DNA of 64,000 bases, taken from positions 19,220,001-19,284,000 of the forward strand of contig NC_043024.1 in assembly GCF_006345805.1 (NCBI RefSeq), in the 5' to 3' direction. Within the stretch, counting starts at the first letter, position 1. The number at the start of each line of letters is the position of its first letter. The stretch comes from Octopus sinensis. Taxonomy: Eukaryota. The notes below the pieces were generated by a model. It did not search any database. It worked only from the letters and a program-made list of their open reading frames with translations, and had not been told where the DNA came from. The position numbers and the translations under genes were made by a program. Below, one piece after another: positions 13,263-25,057 of the stretch.

Positions 13263-13727
13263 TATAGATAGATAGATAGATAGATAGAGGAATGGATGGA
13301 TGGATGGATAGATAGATAGATAGGAAGATAAGGTAGGTAGGCAGGTAGTTTGGTAGTAGGTAGGTAGGTAGGTAGGTAGGTAGATAGATAGATAGATAGA
13401 TAGATAGAGGGATGGATGGATGGATGGATAGATAGATAGATAGGAAGATAAGGTAGGTAGGCAGGTAGTTTGGTAGGTAGGTAGGTAGGTAGATAGATAG
13501 ATAGATAGATAGAGGGATGGATGGATGGATGGATAGATAGATAGGAAGATAAGGTAGGTAGGCAGGTAGTTTGGTAGGTAGGTAGGTAGATAGATAGATA
13601 GATAGACAGATAGATAGAGGGATGGATGGATGGATGGATAGATAGATAGATAGGAAGATAAGGTAGGTAGGCAGGTAGTTTGGTAGGTAGGTAGGTAGGT
13701 AGGTAGATAGATAGATAGATAGATAGA
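13233..13727. repeat. GATA/GGAT/GGTA compound satellite, four higher-order units of ~100-120 bp
   Basis: GGAAGATAAGGTAGGTAGGCAGGTAGTTTGG recurs four times. Confidence 0.9.
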
Positions 13728-14109
13728 CGTGTGTGATTGTTTATGTATGTTTAATGTTATGCAGCCTCATTACTTGTGTAATTTATTCCAAAGTTTTCCA
13801 CAGCTCCCACGCAAAATTGTTCTGCACAAATTAACACCAAATAAACATCATTTGATATGCTTTTAATATGTTACATTTTACGACTGAATTCCATCCCTGC
13901 TCCTATTCAGAATCTCCATCAGCCCATGCACAGCCATTCACAGTGCACGTGCACTTTACTGCATACATTCACTATTCTGTGTTCACCTCTTCTTCTTCTT
14001 CTTCTTCTTCTTCTTCTTCTTGTTTTGTTATTGTTATTATTATTATTATTATTATTATCATCATCATTATTATTATTACTATTATCATTATTATTATCAT
14101 TATTATTGA

Positions 14110-14452
14110 AGGTGCATGGCTCAGTGGTTAGAGCGTCGAGCTTACGATCGTGAGGTTGTGAGCCCGAATCCCGGACCGGGCTGCGTGTTGTGTTCTTGAG
14201 CAAGGCACTTTATTTCACATTGCTCCAATTCACTCAGCTGTAGAAATGAGTTGCGACGTCACAGGTGCCAAGCTGTATCGACCTTTGTCTTTCCCTTGGA
14301 TAACACTGGTGGCGTGTAGAGGGGAGGTTGGTATGCATGGGCGACTGCTGGTCTTCCATAAACAACTTTGCCCAGACTTGTGTCTAGGAGGGTAACTTTC
14401 TAGGTGCAATCCCATGGTCATTCATGACCGAAGGGGGTCTTTACCTTTTACC
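14110..14452 (+). mobile_element. tRNA-derived CORE-type SINE (family D relative)
   Basis: A-box TGGCTCAGTGG, B-box-like CCCGAATCCC, CORE-like GTGTTCTTGAGCAAGGCACTT; reverse-strand heads at 1-135 and 1060-1265. Confidence 0.75.
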
Positions 14453-14454
14453 CG

Positions 14455-14832
14455 TTATTATTATTGTTGTTATTATTGTTGTTATTATTGTCGTTATTAT
14501 TATCATTATTATATTATTATTATATATTATTATTATTATTATTATTATTATCATTATTATATTATTATTATTATTATATATTATTATTATATCATTATTA
14601 TTATTATTATTATTATCATTAATTATTATTATTATCATTAATTATTATTATTATCATTAATTATTATTATTATTATTATCATTATTATTATTATTCATTA
14701 TTATTATTATATTATTATTTTATTATCATTATTATTATTATTATTATATCATTATTATTATTATTATTATTATCATTATTATTATTATTATTATTATCAT
14801 TATTATATTATTATTATCATTATTATTATTAT

Positions 14833-14865
<33 letters not shown>

Positions 14866-15392
14866 TTATCATTATTATTATTATTATTATATTATTATTA
14901 TTTATTATTATTATTATTATTCTTATTATTATTATTATTATTATTATTATCATTATTATTATTATTATTATTATCATATTATTATTATTATTATTATCTT
15001 ATTATTATTATTATTATATATTATTATTATATTATTATTATTATTATTATCATTATTATTATTATTATTATTATCATTATTATTATATTATTATTATTAT
15101 TATTATATTATTATTATTATTATCATTTTATTATTATATTATTATCATTATTATTATTATTATCTTATTATTATTATTATATTATTATCATATTATTATT
15201 ATTATTTATTATTATATTATATTATTATTATTATTATTATTATATTATTCATTATTATTATTATATTATTATATTATCATTATTATTATTATTATTATTA
15301 TCATTATTATTATTATTTATTATATTATTATTATTATTATATTATCATTATTATTATTATTATTCTTATCATTATTATTATTATTATTATTA

Positions 15393-15428
<36 letters not shown>

Positions 15429-15800
15429 TATTATTATTTATTATCATTATTATTATTATTATTATTATCATTATTATTATTATTATTATTATCATCATTA
15501 TTATTATTATTATTATTATCATTATTATTATTATTATTTGAAGAAGAAGAAGAAAAAGATGTGGAGGACGGGGTAGAGGAGGTGGTGGAGGAGGAAACGA
15601 AAAATAATGAGGAGGAGGAGAAGAAGAGAGAAGATGAAGAAAACATGGAAGAGGAGGGGATGGGAAGAGAAGAAGGAGAAAAGGAAGAAGGGGAAGAAGA
15701 AAAAGAAAAAGAAATAAAATGAAGATGGCAGAGGAGGAGGAGGAGGAGGAGGAGAAGAAGCAGAAGATGAATTAGAGAAAGAAAAGTGGAGGAGAGGGAG
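14455..15800. repeat. (TAT)n tract (~1.1 kb) followed by a GAA/GAG purine tract
   Basis: Direct reading. Confidence 0.95.
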
Positions 15801-16000
15801 TAAAAGCCAGTGTAGTTTAAGGGAGAAGAAACCCCACCAAAGATGACTTTGGTGCCTGACACAGTCTTGTGGTTCTTTGGCTCCTGTCAATCCGTCCAAC
15901 CCATGCCAGCAGGGAAAACAGATTGAAATGAAAATGATGGTAGTGGTGGTAATGGTGATGATGATGATGAAGTATAGGATTTTGATGGTGATTATGTCAT

Positions 16001-16252
16001 ACTCTTTTACTCTTTAACTCTTTTACTTGTTTCAGTCATTTGACTCTGGCCATGCTGGAGCACCGCCTTTAATCGAGCAACTCGATCCCGGGACTTATTC
16101 TTTTGTAAGCCCAGTACTTATTCTATCGGCCTCTTTTGCCGAACCGCTAAGTGACGGGGACATAAACACACCAGCATCGGTTGTCAAGCAATGCTAGGGG
16201 GACAAACACAGACACACATACACACACACACACACACACATACACACACATA

Positions 16253-16287
<35 letters not shown>

Positions 16288-16452
16288 GACGGGCTTCTTT
16301 CAGTTTCCGTCTACCAAATCCACACACAAGGCTTTGGTCCGCTCGAGGCTATAGTAGAAGACACTTGCCCAAGGTGCCACGCAGTGGGACTGAACCCGGA
16401 ACCATGTGGTTGGTAAACAAGCTACTTACCACACAGCCACTCCTGCGCCTAT
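16001..16452 (-). mobile_element. SINE family A, full length
   Basis: Complete reverse copy, from head TAGGCGCAGGAGTGGCTGTGTGG to the (TAAAAGAG)n tail. Confidence 0.9.
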
Positions 16453-17348
16453 AAATTTTTTTTCTTTTTTTTTTTTTTTTTTTTTTTTTTTTGGTTCCTG
16501 AAAAATAAGTATTCATTTTAGCAATTTCGTAGAAGCACCAAGAAATTTGATGAGATAAAAGTCAAACAAAATAATCATTATCTGAAATTCATATTTCCCT
16601 AGTTTCAGCAAAACTATTCTTCATACTTCTAAAGTACACTTCCATAATACTCTACCATTTTTGCTACTGTTTTATTAAAACACAAACTAATCTCCAGAGA
16701 TATACAAGATATTTTGGTGAAAAAATAATGGCAAAATTGAAACTAGTTCTTCGAATTATTATTAAACTTCTTTCTCTCATTTTCAGCGCAAGTATCAAAT
16801 TGTAAGAATTGAATTGAATATTCTTCATCATATTCTGTCTTTTCCTATAATTCTAATTATGCACTGAAATATATTCCATTAAATACATTACAGGAGAATA
16901 TTCCCGTTATCTTACATGGCCACCTACACTGTAAACGAAGCAGCAGTTATGAATGAAGAAATTTACCTTGTCTTTTATCTTATCATCATCGGAAAAGTAA
17001 TATATTTGTTGGATGGGAAGAAAGTGGATTAGCTTAAAAATGAGAATTTAGGGATCATATGAATTCTTGCTGATATTGTTTTCTTTTTCTCCTTTTGTTG
17101 AGAAAATTATTTTGTTTTATCACTTTTCCAGCGCCAAGCTCCACAAAGCTCTATAACTGCGAAAGAGAAAGAACGGCTGATAAAATTCCTCATTGAAATA
17201 TATTTATCAATTTCTATAATATTCCAATCAGTTTGTTCCTAATATTGATAGATCCAATCAGCTTTTGTTCCAGAATGAATTTCGTGAAGATTTAGGGATC
17301 ATCATAAACAGTGGAATGTTCCATCTTTTCCCTTTTTATTTCTGTTCA

Positions 17349-18435
17349 TGGCACGTAAAAAGCACCAACTAATCGTGGCCGTTGCCAGCCTCCCCTGGCC
17401 CCTATGCCGGTGGCGCGTAAAAAGCACCAACCGATCTTGGCCAATGCCAGTCCCGCCTGGCCCCTGTGCCAGTGGCACGTAAAATGCACCAACTGATCGT
17501 GGCCATTGCCAGCCTCGCTTGGCACCTGTGTTGGTGGCACATAAAAAGCACCAACCGATCGTGGCCATTGCCAGCCTCGCTTGGCCCCTGTGCCAGTGGC
17601 ATGTAAAAAGCACCAACCAATCCTGGCTGTTGCCAGCCTACCCTGGCCCCTGTACCAGTGGCACGTGAAAAGCACCAGCCGATCATGGCTGTTGCCAACC
17701 TCCCCTGGCACCTGTGTTGGTGGCACATTAAAAGCACCAACCAATCGTGGTGGTTGCCAGCCTCGCCTGGCCCCTGTGCCAGTGGGACATAAAAAGCACC
17801 AACCGATCGTGGCCATTGCCAGCCTCGCCTGGCACCTGTGTCGGTGGCACGTAAAAAGCACCAACCGATTGTGGCCATTGCCAGCCTCCCCTGGCCCCTG
17901 TGCCAGTGGCATGTAAAAAGCACCAACCGATCGTGGCCATTGCCAGCCTCCCCTGGACCCTGTGCCGGTGGCATGTAAAAAGCACCAACCAATCCTGGCT
18001 GTTGCCAGCCTTGCCTGGCACCTGTGTCGGTGGCACATAAAAAGCACCAACCGATCGTGGCCACTGCCAGCCTCGCCTGGCACCTGTGTTGGTGGCACAT
18101 AAAAATCACCAACCGATCGTGGCCGTTGCCAGCCTCGCCTGGCACCTGTGTCGGTGGCACGTAAAAAGCACCAACCGATCGTGGCCATTGCCAGCCTCAC
18201 CTGGTACCTGTGTTGGTGGCACGTAGAAAGCACCAACCGATCGTGGCCATTGCCAGCCTCCCTTGGCACTTAGAAAGCACCCACTACATTCACGGAGTGG
18301 TTGGCGTTAGGAAGGGCATCCAGCTGTAGAAACATTGCCAGATCAGACTGGAGCCTGGTGCAGCATCCTGGCTTCCCAGACCCCAGTCAAACCGTCCAAC
18401 CCATGCTAGCATGGAAAACAGACGTTAAACAATGA
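17349..18435 (+). mobile_element. SINE family C with ~15 copies of a 62-bp GC-rich VNTR and an RTE-like tail
   Basis: Unit starts at 17349, 17411, 17473, 17535 ... 18217; followed by AAAGCACCCACTACA...GGCGTTAGGAAGGGCATCCAG...GCATGGAAAACAGACGTTAAAC(A/GAT)n. Confidence 0.9.
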
Positions 18436-18604
18436 TAATGATGTGGTTAAGAGGCTTGCTTTGCGAGCACAGGATTTTGTGTTCGATCACACTGCATGGC
18501 ACCTTGGGCAAGTGTCTTTTAGTATAGCTGTCGACCAATGCATTATGAGGGAATTTGATAGATGGAAACTGTGTTGAAGCTGTGACAGAGAGAACTGTGT
18601 TATA

Positions 18605-19015
18605 AGGTGGCGATCTGGCAGAAACGTTAGCATGCCGGGCGAAATGCGTAGCCGTATTTCGTCTGACGTTACGTTCTGAGTTCAAATTCCGCCGAGGCCA
18701 ACTTTGCCTTTCATCCTTTCAGTGTCAATAAATTAAGTACCAGTTACGCACTGGGCTTGATGTAATTGACTTAATCCCTTTGTCTGTCCTTGTTTGTCCT
18801 CTCTGTGTTTAGCCCCTTGTGGGTAGTAAAGTAATAGGTATTTTGTCTGCCGTAACGTTCTGAGTTCAAATTCTGCCAAGGTCAACTTTGCTTTTCATCC
18901 TTTCGGGGTCGATAAATTAAGTTCCACTGGGGTTGATGTAATCGACTTAATCCGTTTGTCTGTCCTTGTTTGTCCCCTCTATGTTTAGCTCCTTGTGGGC
19001 AATAAAAAATAAGGA
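18605..19015 (+). mobile_element. SINE family B, head + two body units
   Basis: TGGCAGAAACGTTAGC A-box region, GAGTTCAAATTCC B-box. Confidence 0.85.
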
Positions 19016-19419
19016 AACTGTGTTGAAGCCCTTGTATATGTGAATGTGAGTGTACCTGTGTTTGTTCTCACCCACCACTTGACAACAAGTGTTAGTGTGT
19101 TTCCATTCCATGACTTAGTAGTTTGACAAAAGAGACCAATAGAATAAAGACTAGAATTAAAAAGGAATAGGAATAAACACTAGAGTCCATTTATTCTTCA
19201 AGGGAGTGCTCCAGCATGGCCACAGTCTTAAGGCTGAAACAGGTAAAAACATTTACTCATTGTCTTCAGGATTCCAAGGAGTTTGGTACAGAAATAATAA
19301 ATTGGTCTTATACATTAATTCTTTAATTGATTCTGCCTCACCTGCCACCCATGTTATTTACCTGAGTCATTAGGTATTGCTAATTTAATTAAGCTTTTAA
19401 TACCAACAGAGATAATGAA

Positions 19420-19779
19420 GTGTGGCTGTGTGGTAAGAAGTTTGCTTCCCAACCAAATGGTTCTGGGTTCAATTCCACTCCATGGTACCTTTGAGCAGGT
19501 GTCTTCTGCTATAACCTTGGGCTAACCAAAACCTTGTGAGTGGATTTGGTAGATGGAAACTGAAAGAAGCTTTCGTGTGTATATATATATATATATATAT
19601 ATGATAGATCGTTATCCACTACACACATTTTTTTCTCTCCTTGTTTTTTTCTGTGTCCCTTCCTGTAGAAGAGCGTAGGCTCAAAATATAAAAGACTTAT
19701 TCTATTCCTGAGCGTTATACTAATACATCTGTTTGTTTTGTACACCACCTGTCTTTGTCTTTTGTTTTTTTCGTAAACT

Positions 19780-19814
<35 letters not shown>

Positions 19815-20030
19815 TATCTATCTCCCTGTTCTGTGTCTGTGTTTGTCCCCAACTTTCACTTGGTCAGTGTGTTGTTTAAAGACCTGTAACTTAGCCGTTC
19901 AGCAAAAGGGACCGATAGAATAAGTAGAAGGTTTTAAAGAAAGTCCTGAGGTCGATTTACTCAACTAAAATCCTTTAAGGTGCTGTTCCAGCATGGCTGC
20001 AGTCCAATGACTGAAACAAGTCCAAGGTAA
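19420..20030 (+). mobile_element. SINE family A interrupted in its central (TA)n by an HHR-bearing element
   Basis: Head 19420-19580, insert 19601-19782, 3' half 19820-20030. Confidence 0.8.
19601..19782 (+). mobile_element. (TA)n-embedded Penelope-like terminal fragment with a decayed minimal HHR
   Basis: Homologous to 32197-32388; CTGTAGA-A-GAGC-GTAG-GCTC-AAAATATA. Confidence 0.6.
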
Positions 20031-20132
20031 AAGAGAATGAATTTCATAATTCCAGTCACATCCAGGATAGACTTCATTTAATCCTGATTCAAAGCCAGCA
20101 AATGAGTGACTGGTAACTGGCTTTAGTTTAGC

Positions 20133-20361
20133 TTAACCCTTTAGCATTTAAACCAGCCTTATCCAGCCAAAAGTATTCTGCCTGTTTTATGTTCAAACTG
20201 GCCAGATCTGGTCTCTCACACCAACCCTACAATATCGTTTTAAAAATTATCAACTACCTCATCAAAATCTCATAGCTACAAGATTAATGAATGATTAGTT
20301 CAAAACAATGTGGATAAAAAGGATTAATTTTGGCAAAATAATGTGAACACTAAAGGGTTAA
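20133..20361. mobile_element. piggyBac-type MITE
   Basis: TTAA-CCCTTTAG ... CTAAAGGG-TTAA; second copy 42423-42651; partial reverse copy ~26660-26775. Confidence 0.8.
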
Positions 20362-21303
20362 ATCTCACTTCAGAGCAAAGGGATCTCATCTGATGTGGTC
20401 GAAAACTCTGCTAATTTCTCGGATCCATGGGAGCATAAATTCTATAGATTCTAATTAATTCAAATTATTCCAGTAATGATGAGAAGAGGGAAAAGAGCTA
20501 CTCATTAGCTGATTTGTTGATATTGGCCAAAAGAGGCAGGCGAAACAATCCCGGAATTTTAATTACTATAAAACTAATTACAAATTGAAACCAATGAAAG
20601 GATTGCGTGAGATCCTTGTTGAGAGTAAAGTGTGTTTCCATTCCATGACTTAGCAGTTTGACAAAAGAGACCAATAGAATAAGTACCAGAGTTAAAAAGG
20701 AATAGGAATAAACACTAGAGTCCATTTATTCAACTAAAATTCTCCAAAGGAGTGCTCCAGCATGGCCACAGTCTTAAGGCTGAAATAAGTAAAAACATTT
20801 ACTCATTGTCTTCAGGATTCCCAGGAGTTTGGTACAGAAACGAATTTGTCTTATATATTAATTCTTTAATTGATTCTGCCTCACCTGCCACCCATGTTAT
20901 TTACCTGAGTCATTAGGTATTGCAAAGGGATCTCATCTGATGTGGTTGAAAACTCTGCTAATTTCTCGGATCCATGGGAGCATGAATTCTAATTAATTCA
21001 AATTATTCCAGTAATGATGAGAAGAGGGAAAAGAGCTACTCATTAGCCGAATCATTGATATTGGCCAAAAGAGGCAGGCGAAACAATCCCGGAATTTTAA
21101 TTACTATAAAACTAATTACAAATTGAAACCAATGAAAGGATTGATTGAGATCCTTGTTGAGAGTCAAGGCACAATGTTTTCTCCTTATTTTGGTTATAAA
21201 TTTGGACAATCTTTGAGCTCAAGTCATCAATTTCATTTTTGTCAAAACTGCTGATTGGCAAAAATTAAAGTGACATTTTTAAACTCAAGGATTTTTTTTT
21301 TTT

Positions 21304-21697
21304 TTACTTGTTTCAGTCATTTGACTGTGGCCATGCTGGAGCACCGCCTTTAATCAAGCAACTCAACCCCGGGACTTATTCTTTTGTAAGCCCAGTACTT
21401 ATTCTATCGGTCTCTTTTTGCCGAACCGCTAAGTGACGGGGACGTAAACACGCCAGTATCGGTTGTCAAGCAATGCTAGGGGGACAAATACAGACACACA
21501 AACACACACATACACACACATATATATATATACATATATACGACAGGCTTCTTTCAGTTTCCGTCTACCAAATCCACTCACAAGGCTTTGGTCGGCCCGA
21601 GGCTATAGTAGAAGACACTTGCCCAAGATGCTACGCAGTGGGACTGAACCCGGAACCATGTGGTTGGTTAGCAAGCTACTTACCACACAGCCACTCC
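21304..21697 (-). mobile_element. SINE family A
   Basis: Reverse copy, head slightly truncated. Confidence 0.9.
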
Positions 21698-21741
21698 TTG
21701 CTGAATTTGGATCAAAAAGCATTTCTTAGTTTAGTTTTTTC

Positions 21742-21985
21742 ACAAGGATTGGGAAAGCTATAGCTACCTTCAGACAGCTCAGACCAATCGACAAGCACAA
21801 AACTCAGGGTCTTTAACACAAGCATGAAGACTGATTTGCTGTAGGCAGGTGAAACACAGTGATTCACTAAGTTCTCCGTCAACAAGTTCCAAATGTTTGA
21901 GATTAGATGATGCCAGGATGTTCTTCAGATGAAATTGCAAGACAGATCCACAAGCAAAGCCTTGTGAAATAGATGCACAAGTAAC
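21742..21985 (+). pseudogene. Decayed RTE-clade LINE reverse-transcriptase C-terminal fragment
   Basis: TRIGKAIATFRQLRPI..(frameshift)..LRVFNTSMKTDLL*AGETQ*FTKFSVNKFQMFEIR*C resembles the RTE motif RIGKA.AAF..L..IW......K.RIFN..V..VLLYG.ETW. Confidence 0.7.
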
Positions 21986-22157
21986 TTATCAAATCCTAGT
22001 TCAAGAGGAGAAAGTGAAGGTCACTTTGATACACCCTAAACAAACCTGATAAAGAACACAAAAATCCATTTCGAGATTTTAAATGCAAAAATATTTATTC
22101 TTTCGTTTTGGGATTTGGTTTGCAAGATTCTTTATATGAGTTTGTGTGTTGAAGCAT

Positions 22158-22387
22158 ATTCTATTGTGTCTGGGGAGAGTCATTCTCTTTTTATGCCTTG
22201 TAATGTAACACACTCACCGGTAAAATTTCCACGTTTTTCTTATTATTATTGTCCTAAATATTGAAAAGGTTGCAAGACGCAACGAAAATTTTAGGACAAT
22301 AAAAATAAGAAAAACGTGGAAATTTTACCAGTGAGTGTGTTACATAAGGTACTAAAAGAAAATGACTCTCCCCAGACACAATAGAAT
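22158..22387. mobile_element. Foldback/MITE with ~100-bp inverted arms
   Basis: 22158-22259 vs 22290-22387; related fragments at ~33040-33110 and 54910-54980. Confidence 0.75.
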
Positions 22388-22724
22388 TTATCCTTTCATT
22401 TATCCATTTATTTTGCAAACTTCCTGATGTGAAATTGTCTGCTAAACAGATATTGTTATATTTTGGAGTGGTCATTTTCCTCTTTTTCTTTTTTTTCCAA
22501 ATGACCACAAATAGTCTATACATGTTCTTCACTTGGAGCTTCATTATAATTTTGATTTTAGTATCATGGGATGGGAAATCGCTGAAGAGGTTACAGAATG
22601 TGTGACAAAAACTTTGGACAAAGGACACTAAAATAAGAATAAAGAATAAAGCTGAAGTAAAGAACACGTGTATAGTGCATGTGATTAAAATCCCAAAATA
22701 TGACCACCCCCAAATATAAAAATA

Positions 22725-23140
22725 TCTTATTTCTTTATTGCCCACAAGGGGCTAAACATAGAGTGGACAAACAAGGACAGACAAAGGGGTTAAGTCGATT
22801 ACATCGACCCCAGTGCATAACTGGCACTTAATTTATCGACCCCGAAAGGATGAAAGTCAAAGTCGACCTCGGTGGAATTTGGACTCAGAACGTAACGGCA
22901 GGCGAAATATCTATTTCTTTATTACCCACAAGGGGCTAAACACAGAGGGGACAAACAAGGACAGACAAAGGGATTAAGTCGATTACATCGACCCCAGTGC
23001 ATAACTGGTACTTAATTTATCGACCCCAAAAGGATGAAAGGCAAAGTCGACCTCGGTGGAATTTGGACTCAGAATGTAACGTCAGACGAAATAACGCTAG
23101 GCATTTTGCCTGGTGCGCTAACGTTTCTGCCAGCTCACTG
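22725..23140 (-). mobile_element. SINE family B, head + two body units
   Basis: Reverse complement of family B. Confidence 0.85.
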
Positions 23141-23254
23141 CCCTCAATACATTATATTAAAAGACTTCAGACAAAATATAAAAATATCTATTCTTATCCT
23201 AAACAAAATAATTTTTGTCATTACTATGAACGACAAGGAAATGTTTGCACAAAG

Positions 23255-23535
23255 ATGGTTCCAAACTCAAGAGACAGTTGTCTGTCACCCATCACCATGT
23301 GGTGGACACAATCAATGTTTTCTTTGGTGGTGGCAGTTGCAGGATATCCAGAGCTTGGGTCATTGTTAAGGCTCTCCTTGCCCCTCGAAAATTCATCTAA
23401 CCGACTTTGCCCTGCTGATAAAACTGGAGGGTCACCTCCTAATGTAACAACCATGTCAGCATGAATGTCATTGGTGGCTAAACCCTTTTTTTTCTGCAGG
23501 TGCTTTATAACACTACGATACCAAATTTTGACAAG
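23255..23535 (-). pseudogene. Mariner transposase N-terminal (HTH) fragment
   Basis: KIWYRSVIKHLQKKKGLATNDIHADMVVTLGGDPPVLS...EFSRGKESLNNDPSSGYPATATTKENIDCVHHMVMGDRQLS matches the mariner pattern RGVIKYL.KKGL...IHADM..TLG..AP...W..EF.RGRESLEDDPRSGRP.T.T..ENID.VH.MVM.DRR. Confidence 0.85.
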
Positions 23536-23910
23536 AGAGGTCGCTAATAGTTACTTTGGAAGTTGTCTTTGAACAGTCACATGACAGTGTACATGGAAAG
23601 AAACAATACAGTTATTAATAAGAAGAGTTGAAATTAATAATTAATCACAGATATAGCATCACTCCTTCGTAATGATCAGCCTACGAACTTACTCCAATCC
23701 ACTCGACTGGCAAAAGTGAGGCATACCTGTAATTCAAAGGGCCAGACTTGTTCCTTTCTGTGTCACGCTGAATCTTCCTCGGAACTATGTTAAGGGTACA
23801 CGTCTCTGTGGAGGGCTCAGCTACTTGCACGCTAATTGTACAACCAGGATATTCTGATGATCAAATCAAATGAAACCTTTGTCATAAGAACCAACAAAGT
23901 GCCATGCCTA

Positions 23911-24003
<93 letters not shown>

Positions 24004-24179
24004 GTCTGTCTGTTTATCTATCTATCTAAGTCTATCTATCTTCCTATCCACCTGCCTGCCCGCCCGTCTGTCTGTCTGTCTGTCTCTCTCTATCTATCTC
24101 TCTCTCTCTCTATCTATCATCTATCTATCTACCTATCTCTGTTTCTCTCTCTCTCTCTCTCTCTATCTATCTCTGTCTG

Positions 24180-24212
<33 letters not shown>

Positions 24213-24264
24213 ATATATATATATATATATAATTTATATTGTTGAAATTATAATTCATCTCTCT

Positions 24265-24588
24265 CTATTTAAATGCCTCGGATTTTACCGAAAAAAGCAT
24301 AGTGTTTGCTGATTTTAACCCACGCTGGTGGAAAGGGGAGAGCAGAAATTCTTCGCTTGCATATTTGAGTTTGTTGGCACTGTTAGTTACGAGCGGATCT
24401 TCAGAAGCGATAGGAGGCCGAAGGAGTATGCTCCCACTTTCAGTGTTTTCAAATCCAAACCAGGGAGTTCTGAGCTGATGATAGAAGTGTCGAGTTTGAC
24501 TAATCTTGAAACGTACGTTCTCAAATAACCTTTGCATCTGATTTTTAATGTCTCTACCCCCCATACTTCCGTGAGTTGAGTTGAGCAA
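24265..24588 (-). CDS. Unassigned ORF in a CpG-containing non-repetitive island; possible exon
   Basis: 107-codon open frame (RLFENVRFKISQTRHFYHQLRTPWFGFENTESG...); possible donor GTGGGT; no recognised domain. Confidence 0.25.
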   Translation of the reverse strand: MLNSTHGSMGGRDIKNQMQRLFENVRFKISQTRHFYHQLRTPWFGFENTESGSILLRPPIASEDPLVTNSANKLKYASEEFLLSPFHQRGLKSANTMLFSVKSEAFK

Positions 24589-24808
24589 ACACTATATGAG
24601 AGAGGTTTTCTTTAAGTATTAGAAATAGTTTTATAAATGTTTTTTAGCTGCTATTTCTAATGAGTTCAGTATGCGGCAAAGTAATTTATTTTACTAAGCC
24701 CTTTTATATAATGTAATAATTTGAATTCGCCTTAAATGGTCCCTTTGCATACTGAACACTTGGTAAAATTGATTAATTAATTAATTTTACCCTCAATTGT
24801 TGAAATAT

Positions 24809-24844
<36 letters not shown>

Positions 24845-24865
24845 CATACATACTCACATTCAATA

Positions 24866-25057
24866 TGTGACCGTATGTGTACTGTTGGTGATTTTTTTAC
24901 CTCCGTCTTCCCTTCCTTGGATTTTTCCTTTTCCTATGTTTCTGACGAAGAGCTCCACTTGAAACATTAAACCCTCGTTCTTTCATTCCTTTCCTGAGCG
25001 TCCAACAACACTATACTTGTTCCATGTCCTCGCATTGTTGTGTTTTCATGTTTGGAT

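Larger units (their letters stand above)
19094..21164. repeat. Local tandem duplication A-x-B / A'-B' with ~1 kb missing from the second copy
   Basis: 19094-19380 ~ 20629-20923; 20375-20626 ~ 20922-21164. Confidence 0.85.

Noticed and set aside
17346-18269. 307-aa and 252-aa repetitive ORFs (also 25909-26655)
   Set aside because: They are translations of a 62-bp VNTR, which is not a multiple of three, so the same peptide cycles through frames; part of SINE C.
17349-18270. Regular repeat array resembling CRISPR
   Set aside because: No unique spacers, no cas genes, eukaryotic context.
23844-23885. CTGATGA...GAAAC...GTC hammerhead-like string
   Set aside because: Stem II (TCAAATCAAAT) cannot pair, and stem I is not supported.
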